A stretch of 64,000 nt of DNA from Eledone cirrhosa (taxonomy: Eukaryota): positions 129,890,001 to 129,954,000 of the forward strand of contig OZ024744.1 in the NCBI GenBank assembly GCA_964016885.1, read 5' to 3'. A program made the translations under genes and the position numbers. This document shows, piece by piece, positions 26,301 through 38,200 of the stretch. Positions within the stretch are counted from its first letter, which is position 1. Every line of letters begins with the position of its first letter. The notes under the pieces are model-generated. The model made no database searches, had not been told where the DNA came from, and saw only the letters and a list, made by a program, of their open reading frames with translations.

Positions 26301-27250
26301 TGGGGTTCAATTAAGTTGCGGGTAATTTAAGTTGGGGTTAAGTTAAGTTGGGGGTACGTTAAGTTGGGGGTAAGTTAAGTTGGGGTTAAGTTAAGTTGGG
26401 GTTAAGTTAAGTCGGGGTTAATTTAAGTTGGGGTTAAGTTAAGTTGGGGTTAAGTTAAGTTGGGATTAAGTTAAGTTGGGGTTAAGTTAAGTTGGGGTTG
26501 AGTTAAGTTGGGGTTAAGTTAGATTGTTGTTATGTTATTTTGGGGTTAAGTTAAGTTGCGGTTAAGTTAAGTTGGGGTAAAGTTAAGTTGGGGTTAAGTT
26601 AAGTTGGGGTTAAGTTAAGTTGGGGTTAAGTTAAGTTGGGGTTAATTTAAGTTCGGGTTAAGTTAAGTTGGGGTTAATTTAAGTTGGGGTTAATTTAAGT
26701 TGGGGTCAAGTTAAGTTGGGGTTAAGTTAAGTTGGGGTAAAGTTAAGTTGGGGTTAAGTTAAGTTGGGGTTAAGTTAAGTTGGGGTTAAGTTGGGGTTAA
26801 GTTAAGTTAGGGTTAACTTAAGTTGGGGTTGTGTTAAGTGGTGGTTATGTTAAGTGGTGGTTATGTTAAGTTGGGGTTAAGTTAAGTTGGGGTTAAGTTA
26901 AATTGGGGTTAAGTTAAGTTGCGGTTAATTTAAGTTGGGGTTAAGTTAAGTTGGGGTTAAGTTAATTAGGGTTAAGTTAAGTTGGGGTTAAGTTAAGTTG
27001 GGGTTAAGTTAAGTTGGGGTTAAGTTAAGTTGGGATTAAGTTAAGTTGGGGTTAAGTTAAGTCGGGGTTAAGTTAAGTTAGGGTTAAGTTAAGTTGGGGT
27101 TAATTTAAGTTGGGGTTAAGTTAAGTTGAGGTTAAATTTAAGTAGGGGTTAAATTATGTTGGGGTTAAGTTAAGTTGGGGATAAGTTAAGTTGGGCATAA
27201 GTTAAGTTGGGGTTAATTAAGTTGGGTTTAAGTTAAGTTGGGGTTAAGTT
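15350..27250 (+). repeat. Tandem block duplication, period 5,940 bp growing to 5,972 bp through two whole-monomer indels (copy 1 ~15,350-21,285, copy 2 ~21,290-27,250)
   Basis: Lines 15,361/21,301, 17,341/23,281 and 19,501/25,441 match at offset 5,940. Extra 16-mers near 25,510 and 25,950 shift the offset to 5,972 (agattgttgttatg at 20,549/26,521). Confidence 0.92.
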
Positions 27251-30200
27251 AAGTTGGGGTTAAGTTAAGTTGGGGTTAAGTTAAGTTGGTTAGTTAAGTT
27301 GAGTTTAAGTTAAGTTGGGCTTAATTTAAGTTGGGGTTAAGTTAAGTTGGGGTTAAGTTAGATTGTTGTTAAGTTAAGTTGGGGTTAAGTTAAGTTGGGG
27401 TTAATTTAAGTTGGGGTTAATTTAAGTTGGGTCTAATTAAGTTGGGGTTAAGTTAAGTTGGGGTTAAGTTAAGTTGGGGTTAAGTTAAGTTGGGGTTAAG
27501 TTAAGTTGGGGTTAAGTTAAGTTGGGTTTACGTTAAGTTGGGGGTAAGTTAAGTTGGTGGTAAGTTAAGTTGGGGGATAGTTAAGATGGGGTTAAGTTAA
27601 GTTGGGGTTAATTTAATTTGGGGTTAAGTTAAGTTAGGGTTAAGTTAAGTTGGGGTTGAGTTAAGTCGGGGTTCAGTTAAGTTGGGGTTATGTTATGTTG
27701 GGGTTAAGTTAAGTTGGGGTTAAGTTAAGTTGGGGTTCAATTAAGTTGCGGGTAATTTAAGTTGGGGTTAAGTTAAGTTGGGGGTACGTTAAGTTGGGGG
27801 TAAGTTAAGTTGGGGTTAAGTTAAGTTGGGGTTAAGTTAAGTCGGGGTTAATTTAAGTTGGGGTTAAGTTAAGTTGGGGTTAAGTTAAGTTGGGATTAAG
27901 TTAAGTTGGGGTTAAGTTAAGTTGGGGTTGAGTTAAGTTGGGGTTAAGTTAGATTGTTGTTATGTTATTTTGGGGTTAAGTTAAGTTGCGGTTAAGTTAA
28001 GTTGGGGTAAAGTTAAGTTGGGGTTAAGTTAAGTTGGGGTTAAGTTAAGTTGGGGTTAAGTTAAGTTGGGGTTAAGTTAAGTCGGGGTTAAGTTAAGTTG
28101 GGGTTACGTTAAGTTGGGGGTAAGTTAAGTTGGTGGTAAGTTAAGTTGGGGGTAAGTTAAGATGGGGTTAAGTTAAGTTGGGGTTAATTTAATTTGGGGT
28201 TAAGTTAAGTTGGGGTTAAGTTAAGTTGGGGTTAAGTTAAGTTGGAGTTAAGTTAAGTTGGGGGTAAGTTAAGTTGGGGTTAAGTTAAGTTGGGGTTAAG
28301 ATAAGTTGGGGTTAAGTTAAGTTGGGGTTGAGCTAAGTTGGGGTTGAGTTAATTTGGGGTTAAGTTAAGTTGGGGTTAAGTTAAGTTGGGTTTAAGTTAA
28401 GTTGGGGTTAAGTTAAGTTGGGGTTAAATTAAGTTGGGGTTAAGCTAAGTTGGGGTTAAGTTAAATTGAGGTTAAGTTAAGTTGGGGTTAATTTAAGTTG
28501 GGGTTAAGCTAAGTTGGGGTTAAGTTAAATTGAGGTTAAGTTAAGTTGGGGTTAAGTTAAGTTGGGGTTAATTTAAGTTGGGGCTAAGTAAAGTTGGGGC
28601 TAAGTTAAGTGGGGGTTAAGTTAAGTTAGGGTTGAGTTAAGTTGGGGTTAAGTTAACTTTGGGTTAAGTTAAGTTGGGTTTGAATTAAGTTGGGGTTAAT
28701 TAAGTTGGGGTTAAGTTAAGTTGGGGTTAAGTTAAGTTGCGGTTAAGTTAAGTTGAGGTTAAGTTAAGTTGGGGTTAAGTTAAGTTGGGGTTAAGTTAAG
28801 TTGGGGCTAAGTTAAGTTGGAGCTAAGTTAAGTTGGGGCTAAGTTAAGTTGGGGTTAAGTTAAGTTGGGGTTAAGTTAAGGTGGGGTTAAGTTAAATTGG
28901 GGTCAACTTAAGTTGGGGTTAATTTAAGTTGGGGTTAACTTAAGTTGGGGTTAAGTTAAGTTGGGGTTAAGTTAAGTTGGGGTTAAGTTAAGTTGGGGTT
29001 ACGTTAAGTTGGGGGTAAGTTAAGTTGGTGGTAAGTTAAGTTGGGGGTAAGTTAAGATGGGGTTAAGTTAAGTTGGGGTTAATTTAATTTGGGTTTAAGT
29101 TAAGTTAGGGTTAAGTTAAGTTGGGGTTGAGTTAAGTTGGGGTTAAGTTAAGTTGGGGTTATGTTAAGTTGGGGTTAAGTTAAGTTGGGGTTAAGTTAAG
29201 TTGGGGCTCAATTAAGTTGCGGTTAATTTAAGTTGGGGTTAAGTTAAGTTGGGGTTAAGTTAAGTTGGGGTTAAGTTAAGTTGGGGTTAAATTAAGTTGG
29301 GGTTAAATTAAGTTGGGGTTAAGTTAAGTTGGGGTTATGTTAAGTTGGTGTTAAGTTAAGTTGGGGTTAAGTTAAGTTGGGGTTAAGTTAGGTTGGTGTT
29401 AATTTAAGTTGGGGTTAAGTTAAGTTGGGGTTAAGTTAAGTTGGTTAGTTAAGTTGAGTTTAAGTTAAGTTGGGGTTAATTTAAGTTGGGGTTAAGTTAA
29501 GTTGGGGTTAAGTTAAGTTGGGGTTAAGTTAAGTTGGGGTTCAGTTAAGTTGGGGTTAAGTTAAGTTGGGGTTAAGTTAAGTTGCGGTTAAGTTAAGTTG
29601 CCGTTAAGTTAAGTTGAGGTTAAGTTAACTTGGGGTTAAGTTAAGTTGGGGTTGAGTTAAATTGGGGTTAAGTTAAGTTGCGGTTAAGTTAAGTTGGGGT
29701 TAAGTTAAGTTGGGGTTAAGTTAATTAGGGTTAAGTTAAGTTGGGGTTAAGTTAAGTTGGGGTTAAGTTAAGTTGCGGTTAAGTTAAGTTGGCGTTAAGT
29801 TAAGTTGGGGTTAAGTTAAGTTGGGAGTAAGTTAAGTTGGGGTTAAGTTAAGTTGGGGTTAAGTTAAGTTGGGGTTAAGTTAGATTGTTGTTAAGTTAAG
29901 TTGGGGTTAATTTAAGTTGGGGTTAAGTTAAGTTGGGGTTAATTTAAGTTGGGGTTAAGTTAAGTCGGGGTTAAGTTAAGTTGGGGTTACGTTAAGTTGG
30001 GGGTAAGTTAAGTTGGTGGTAAGTTAAGTTGGGGGTAAGTTAAGTTGGGGTTAAGTTAAGTTGGAGTTAAGTTAAGTTGGGGGTAAGTTAAGTTGGGGTT
30101 AAGTTAAGTTGGGGTTAAGATAAGTTGGGGTTAAGTTAAGTTGGGGTTGAGCTAAGTTGGGGTTGAGTTAATTTGGGGTTAAGTTAAGTTGGGGTTAAGT

Positions 30201-33200
30201 TAAGTTGGGTTTAAGTTAAGTTGGGGTTAAGTTAAGTTGGGGTTAAATTAAGTTGGGGTTAAGCTAAGTTGGGGTTAAGTTAAATTGAGGTTAAGTTAAG
30301 TTGGGGTTAATTTAAGTTGGGGTTAAGCTAATTTGGGGTTAAGTTAAATTGAGGTTAAGTTAAGTTGGGGTTAAGTTAAGTTGGGGTTAATTTAAGTTGG
30401 GGCTAAGTAAAGTTGGGGCTAAGTTAAGTGGGGGTTAAGTTAAGTTAGGGTTGAGTTAAGTTGGGGTTAAGTTAACTTTGGGTTAAGTTAAGTTGGGTTT
30501 GAATTAAGTTGGGGTTAATTAAGTTGGGGTTAAGTTAAGTTGGGGTTAAGTTAAGTTGCGGTTAAGTTAAGTTGAGGTTAAGTTAAGTTGGGGTTAAGTG
30601 AAGTTGGGGTTAAGTTAAGTTGGGGCTAAGTTAAGTTGGGGCTAAGTTAAGTTGGGGCTTAGTTAAGTTGGGGTTAAGTTAAGTTGGGGTTAAGTTAAGG
30701 TGGGGTTTAGTTAAGTTGGGGTCAACTAAAGTTGGGGTTAAGTTAAGTTGGGGTTCACTTAAGTTGGGGTTAAGTTAAGTTGGGGTTAAGTTAGATTGTT
30801 GTTAAGTTAAGTTGGGGTTAAGTTAAGTTGGGGTTAATTTAAGTTGGGGTTAATTTAAGTTGGGTCTAATTAAGTTGGGGTTAAGTTAAGTTGGGGTTAA
30901 GTTAAGTTGGGGTTAAGTTAAGTTGGGGTTAAGTTAAGTTGGGGTTAAGTTAAGTTGGGTTTACGTTAAGTTGGGGGTAAATTAAGTTGGTGGTAAGTTA
31001 AGTTGGGGGATAGTTAAGATGGGGTTAAGTTAAGTTGGGGTTAATTTAATTTGGGGTTAAGTTAAGTTAGGGTTAAGTTAAGTTGGGGTTGAGTTAAGTC
31101 GGGGTTCAGTTAAGTTGGGGTTATGTTATGTTGGGGTTAAGTTAAGTTGGGGTTAAGTTAAGTTGGGGTTCAATTAAGTTGCGGGTAATTTAAGTTGGGG
31201 TTAAGTTAAGTTGGGGGTACGTTAAGTTGGGGGTAAGTTAAGTTGGGGTTAAGTTAAGTTGGGGTTAAGTTAAGTCGGGGTTAATTTAAGTTGGGGTTAA
31301 GTTAAGTTGGGGTTAAGTTAAGTTGGGATTAAGTTAAGTTGGGGTTAAGTTAAGTTGGGGTTGAGTTAAGTTGGGGTTAAGTTAGATTGTTGTTATGTTA
31401 TTTTGGGGTTAAGTTAAGTTGCGGTTAAGTTAAGTTGGGGTAAAGTTAAGTTGGGGTTAAGTTAAGTTGGGGTTAAGTTAAGTTGGGGTTAAGTTAAGTT
31501 GGGGTTAATTTAAGTTGGGGTTAAGTTAAGTCGGGGTTAAGTTAAGTTGGGGTTACGTTAAGTTGGGGGTAAGTTAAGTTGGTGGTAAGTTAAGTTGGGG
31601 GTAAGTTAAGATGGGGTTAAGTTAAGTTGGGGTTAATTTAATTTGGGGTTAAGTTAAGTTGGGGTTAAGTTAAGTTGGGGTTAAGTTAAGTTGGAGTTAA
31701 GTTAAGTTGGGGGTAAGTTAAGTTGGGGTTAAGTTAAGTTGGGGTTAAGATAAGTTGGGGTTAAGTTAAGTTGGGGTTGAGCTAAGTTGGGGTTGAGTTA
31801 ATTTGGGGTTAAGTTAAGTTGGGGTTAAGTTAAGTTGGGTTTAAGTTAAGTTGGGGTTAAGTTAAGTTGGGGTTAAATTAAGTTGGGGTTAAGCTAAGTT
31901 GGGGTTAAGTTAAATTGAGGTTAAGTTAAGTTGGGGTTAATTTAAGTTGGGGTTAAGCTAAGTTGGGGTTAAGTTAAATTGAGGTTAAGTTAAGTTGGGG
32001 TTAAGTTAAGTTGGGGTTAATTTAAGTTGGGGCTAAGTAAAGTTGGGGCTAAGTTAAGTGGGGGTTAAGTTAAGTTAGGGTTGAGTTAAGTTGGGGTTAA
32101 GTTAACTTTGGGTTAAGTTAAGTTGGGTTTGAATTAAGTTGGGGTTAATTAAGTTGGGGTTAAGTTAAGTTGGGGTTAAGTTAAGTTGCGGTTAAGTTAA
32201 GTTGAGGTTAAGTTAAGTTGGGGTTAAGTGAAGTTGGGGTTAAGTTAAGTTGGGGCTAAGTTAAGTTGGGGCTAAGTTAAGTTGGGGCTTAGTTAAGTTG
32301 GGGTTAAGTTAAGTTGGGGTTAAGTTAAGGTGGGGTTTAGTTAAGTTGGGGTCAACTAAAGTTGGGGTTAAGTTAAGTTGGGGTTCACTTAAGTTGGGGT
32401 TAAGTTAAGTTGGGGTTAAGTTAGATTGTTGTTAAGTTAAGTTGGGGTTAAGTTAAGTTGGGGTTAATTTAAGTTGGGGTTAATTTAAGTTGGGTCTAAT
32501 TAAGTTGGGGTTAAGTTAAGTTGGGGTTAAGTTAAGTTGGGGTTAAGTTAAGTTGGGGTTAAGTTAAGTTGGGGTTAAGTTAAGTTGGGTTTACGTTAAG
32601 TTGGGGGTAAGTTAAGTTGGTGGTAAGTTAAGTTGGGGGATAGTTAAGATGGGGTTAAGTTAAGTTGGGGTTAATTTAATTTGGGGTTAAGTTAAGTTAG
32701 GGTTAAGTTAAGTTGGGGTTGAGTTAAGTCGGGGTTCAGTTAAGTTGGGGTTATGTTATGTTGGGGTTAAGTTAAGTTGGGGTTAAGTTAAGTTGGGGTT
32801 CAATTAAGTTGCGGGTAATTTAAGTTGGGGTTAAGTTAAGTTGGGGGTACGTTAAGTTGGGGGTAAGTTAAGTTGGGGTTAAGTTAAGTTGGGGTTAAGT
32901 TAAGTCGGGGTTAATTTAAGTTGGGGTTAAGTTAAGTTGGGGTTAAGTTAAGTTGGGATTAAGTTAAGTTGGGGTTAAGTTAAGTTGGGGTTGAGTTAAG
33001 TTGGGGTTAAGTTAGATTGTTGTTATGTTATTTTGGGGTTAAGTTAAGTTGCGGTTAAGTTAAGTTGGGGTAAAGTTAAGTTGGGGTTAAGTTAAGTTGG
33101 GGTTAAGTTAAGTTGGGGTTAAGTTAAGTTGGGGTTAATTTAAGTTCGGGTTAAGTTAAGTTGGGGTTAATTTAAGTTGGGGTTAATTTAAGTTGGGGTC

Positions 33201-35270
33201 AAGTTAAGTTGGGGTTAAGTTAAGTTGGGGTAAAGTTAAGTTGGGGTTAAGTTAAGTTGGGGTTAAGTTAAGTTGGGGTTAAGTTGGGGTTAAGTTAAGT
33301 TAGGGTTAACTTAAGTTGGGGTTGTGTTAAGTGGTGGTTATGTTAAGTGGTGGTTATGTTAAGTTGGGGTTAAGTTAAGTTGGGGTTAAGTTAAATTGGG
33401 GTTAAGTTAAGTTGCGGTTAATTTAAGTTGGGGTTAAGTTAAGTTGGGGTTAAGTTAATTAGGGTTAAGTTAAGTTGGGGTTAAGTTAAGTTGGGGTTAA
33501 GTTAAGTTGGGGTTAAGTTAAGTTGGGATTAAGTTAAGTTGGGGTTAAGTTAAGTCGGGGTTAAGTTAAGTTAGGGTTAAGTTAAGTTGGGGTTAATTTA
33601 AGTTGGGGTTAAGTTAAGTTGAGGTTAAATTTAAGTAGGGGTTAAATTATGTTGGGGTTAAGTTAAGTTGGGGATAAGTTAAGTTGGGCATAAGTTAAGT
33701 TGGGGTTAATTAAGTTGGGTTTAAGTTAATTTGGGGTTAAGTTAAGTTGGGGTTAAGTTAAGTTGGGGTTAAGTTAAGTTGGTTAGTTAAGTTGAGTTTA
33801 AGTTAAGTTGGGCTTAATTTAAGTTGGGGTTAAGTTAAGTTGGGGTTAAGTTAGATTGTTGTTAAGTTAAGTTGGGGTTAAGTTAAGTTGGGGTTAATTT
33901 AAGTTGGGGTTAATTTAAGTTAGGTCTAATTAAGTTGGGGTTAAGTTAAGTTGGGGTTAAGTTAAGTTGGGGTTAAGTTAAGTTGGGGTTAAGTTAAGTT
34001 GGGGTTAAGTTAAGTTGGGTTTACGTTAAGTTGGGGGTAAGTTAAGTTGGTGGTAAGTTAAGTTGGGGGATAGTTAAGATGGGGTTAAGTTAAGTTGGGG
34101 TTAATTTAATTTGGGGTTAAGTTAAGTTAGGGTTAAGTTAAGTTGGGGTTGAGTTAAGTCGGGGTTCAGTTAAGTTGGGGTTATGTTATGTTGGGGTTAA
34201 GTTAAGTTGGGGTTAAGTTAAGTTGGGGTTCAATTAAGTTGCGGGTAATTTAAGTTGGGGTTAAGTTAAGTTGGGGGTACGTTAAGTTGGGGGTAAGTTA
34301 AGTTGGGGTTAAGTTAAGTTGGGGTTAAGTTAAGTCGGGGTTAATTTAAGTTGGGGTTAAGTTAAGTTGGGGTTAAGTTAAGTTGGGATTAAGTTAAGTT
34401 GGGGTTAAGTTAAGTTGGGGTTGAGTTAAGTTGGGGTTAAGTTAGATTGTTGTTATGTTATTTTGGGGTTAAGTTAAGTTGCGGTTAAGTTAAGTTGGGG
34501 TAAAGTTAAGTTGGGGTTAAGTTAAGTTGGGGTTAAGTTAAGTTGGGGTTAAGTTAAGTTGGGGTTAAGTTAAGTCGGGGTTAAGTTAAGTTGGGGTTAC
34601 GTTAAGTTGGGGGTAAGTTAAGTTGGTGGTAAGTTAAGTTGGGGGTAAGTTAAGATGGGGTTAAGTTAAGTTGGGGTTAATTTAATTTGGGGTTATGTTA
34701 AGTTGGGGTTAAGTTAAGTTGGGGTTAAGTTAAGTTGGAGTTAAGTTAAGTTGGGGGTAAGTTAAGTTGGGGTTAAGTTAAGTTGGGGTTAAGATAAGTT
34801 GGGGTTAAGTTAAGTTGGGGTTGAGCTAAGTTGGGGTTGAGTTAATTTGGGGTTAAGTTAAGTTGGGGTTAAGTTAAGTTGGGTTTAAGTTAAGTTGGGG
34901 TTAAGTTAAGTTGGGGTTAAATTAAGTTGGGGTTAAGCTAAGTTGGGGTTAAGTTAAATTGAGGTTAAGTTAAGTTGGGGTTAATTTAAGTTGGGGTTAA
35001 GCTAAGTTGGGGTTAAGTTAAATTGAGGTTAAGTTAAGTTGGGGTTAAGTTAAGTTGGGGTTAATTTAAGTTGGGGCTAAGTAAAGTTGGGGCTAAGTTA
35101 AGTGGGGGTTAAGTTAAGTTAGGGTTGAGTTAAGTTGGGGTTAAGTTAACTTTGGGTTAAGTTAAGTTGGGTTTGAATTAAGTTGGGGTTAATTAAGTTG
35201 GGGTTAAGTTAAGTTGGGGTTAAGTTAAGTTGCGGTTAAGTTAAGTTGAGGTTAAGTTAAGTTGGGGTTA
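23135..35270 (+). repeat. Block duplication at offset 6,493 bp (~23,135-28,780 repeated at ~29,630-35,270), with a distinct ~850-bp satellite segment between the copies
   Basis: gagttaaatt at 23,161/29,654; ggcg at 23,298/29,791; agattgttgttatgttatttt at 24,891/31,384, 26,521/33,014 and 27,951/34,444. Confidence 0.88.
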
Positions 35271-38200
35271 AGTGAAGTTGGGGTTAAGTTAAGTTGGGGC
35301 TAAGTTAAGTTGGGGCTAAGTTAAGTTGGGGCTTAGTTAAGTTGGGGTTAAGTTAAGTTGGGGTTAAGTTAAGGTGGGGTTTAGTTAAGTTGGGGTCAAC
35401 TAAAGTTGGGGTTAAGTTAAGTTGGGGTTCACTTAAGTTGGGGTTAAGTTAAGTTGGGGTTAAGTTAGATTGTTGTTAAGTTAAGTTGGGGTTAAGTTAA
35501 GTTGGGGTTAATTTAAGTTGGGGTTAATTTAAGTTGGGTCTAATTAAGTTGGGGTTAAGTTAAGTTGGGGTTAAGTTAAGTTGGGGTTAAGTTAAGTTGG
35601 GGTTAAGTTAAGTTGGGGTTAAGTTAAGTTGGGTTTACGTTAAGTTGGGGGTAAGTTAAGTTGGTGGTAAGTTAAGTTGGGGGATAGTTAAGATGGGGTT
35701 AAGTTAAGTTGGGGTTAATTTAATTTGGGGTTAAGTTAAGTTAGGGTTAAGTTAAGTTGGGGTTGAGTTAAGTCGGGGTTCAGTTAAGTTGGGGTTATGT
35801 TATGTTGGGGTTAAGTGAAGTTGGGGTTAAGTTAAGTTGGGGTTCAATTAAGTTGCGGGTAATTTAAGTTGGGGTTAAGTTAAGTTGGGGGTACGTTAAG
35901 TTGGGGGTAAGTTAAGTTGGGGTTAAGTTAAGTTGGGGTTAAGTTAAGTCGGGGTTAATTTAAGTTGGGGTTAAGTTAAGTTGGGGTTAAGTTAAGTTGG
36001 GATTAAGTTAAGTTGGGGTTAAGTTAAGTTGGGGTTGAGTTAAGTTGGGGTTAAGTTAGATTGTTGTTATGTTATTTTGGGGTTAAGTTAAGTTGCGGTT
36101 AAGTTAAGTTGGGGTAAAGTTAAGTTGGGGTTAAGTTAAGTTGGGGTTAAGTTAAGTTGGGGTTAAGTTAAGTTGGGGTTAATTTAAGTTCGGGTTAAGT
36201 TAAGTTGGGGTTAATTTAAGTTGGGGTTAATTTAAGTTGGGGTCAAGTTAAGTTGGGGTTAAGTTAAGTTGGGGTAAAGTTAAGTTGGGGTTAAGTTAAG
36301 TTGGGGTTAAGTTAAGTTGGGGTTAAGTTGGGGTTAAGTTAAGTTAGGGTTAACTTAAGTTGGGGTTGTGTTAAGTGGTGGTTATGTTAAGTGGTGGTTA
36401 TGTTAAGTTGGGGTTAAGTTAAGTTGGGGTTAAGTTAAATTGGGGTTAAGTTAAGTTGCGGTTAATTTAAGTTGGGGTTAAGTTAAGTTGGGGTTAAGTT
36501 AATTAGGGTTAAGTTAAGTTGGGGTTAAGTTAAGTTGGGGTTAAGTTAAGTTGGGGTTAAGTTAAGTTGGGATTAAGTTAAGTTGGGGTTAAGTTAAGTC
36601 GGGGTTAAGTTAAGTTAGGGTTAAGTTAAGTTGGGGTTAATTTAAGTTGGGGTTAAGTTAAGTTGAGGTTAAATTTAAGTAGGGGTTAAATTATGTTGGG
36701 GTTAAGTTAAGTTGGGGATAAGTTAAGTTGGGCATAAGTTAAGTTGGGGTTAATTAAGTTGGGTTTAAGTTAAGTTGGGGTTAAGTTAAGTTGGGGTTAA
36801 GTTAAGTTGGGGTTAAGTTAAGTTGGTTAGTTAAGTTGAGTTTAAGTTAAGTTGGGCTTAATTTAAGTTGGGGTTAAGTTAAGTTGGGGTTAAGTTAAGT
36901 TGGGGTTAAGTTAAGTTGGGGTTAAGTTAAGTTGGGGTTCAGTTAAGTTGGGGTTAATTTAAGTTGGGGTTAAGTTGGGGTAAAGTTAAGTTGGGGTTAA
37001 GTTAAGTTGGGGTTAAGTTAAGTTGGGGTTAAGTTAAGTTGGGGTTAAGTTAAGTTGCGGTTAAGTTAAGTTGAGGTTAAGTTAAGTTGGGGTTAAGTTA
37101 AGTTGGGGTTAAGTTAAGTTGGGGCTAAGTTAAGTTGGGGCTAAGTTAAGTTGGGGCTAAGTTAAGTTGGGGTTAAGTTAACTTTGGGTTAAGTTAAGTT
37201 GGGTTTGAGTTAAGTTGGGGTTAATTAAGTTGGGGTTAAGTTAAGTTGGGGTTAAGTTAAGTTGGGGTTAAGTTAAGTTGGGGTTAAGTTAAGTTGCGGT
37301 TAAGTTAAGTTGATGTTAAGTTAAGTTGGGGTTAAGTTAAGTTGGGGTTAAGTTAAGTTGGGGCTAAGTTAAGTTGGGGCTTAGTTAAGTTGGGGCTAAG
37401 TTAAGTTGGGGTTAAGTTAAGGTGGGGTTCAGTTAAGTTGGGGTCAACTTAAGTTGGGGTTAAGTTAAGTTGGGGTTAAGTTAAGTTGGGGTTAAGTTAA
37501 GTTGGGGTTAAGTTAAGTTGGGGTTACGTTAAGTTGGGGGTAAGTTAAGTTGGTGGTAAGTTAAGTTGGGGGTAAGTTAAGATGGGGTTAAATTAAGTTG
37601 GGGTTAATTTAAGTTGGGGTTAAGTTAAGTTGGGGTTAAGTTAAGTTGGGGTTAAGTTAAGTTGGGGTTAAGTTAAGTTGGGGTTAAATTAAGTTGGGGT
37701 TAAATTAAGTTGGGGTTAAGTTAAGTTGGGTTTATGTTAAGTTGGTGTTAAGTTAAGTTGGGGTTAAGTTAAGTTGGGGTTAAGTTAAGTTGGGGTTAAG
37801 TTAGGTTGGTGTTAAGTTAAGTTGGGGTTAAGTTAAGTTGGGGTTAAGTTATGTTGGGTTTAAATTAAGTTGGGGCTAAGTTAAGTTAGGGCTAAGTTAA
37901 GTTGGGGTTAAGTAAAGTTAGGGCTAAGTTAATTTGGGGTTAAGTTAAGTTGGGGTTAATTTAAGTTGGGGTTACATTAAGTTGAGGTTAAGTTAAGTTG
38001 GGGTTAAGTTAAGTTAGGGTTAATTTAAGTTGGGGTTATGTTAAGTTGGGGTTAAGTTAAGTTGGGGTTAAGTTAAGTTGGGGCTGAGTTAAGTTGGGGT
38101 TACGTTAAGTTGGGGTTAAGGTAAGTTGGGGTTAAGTTAAGTTGGGGTTAAGTTAAGTTGGGTTTAAGTTAAGTTGGGGTTAAGTTAAGTTGGGGTTAAA

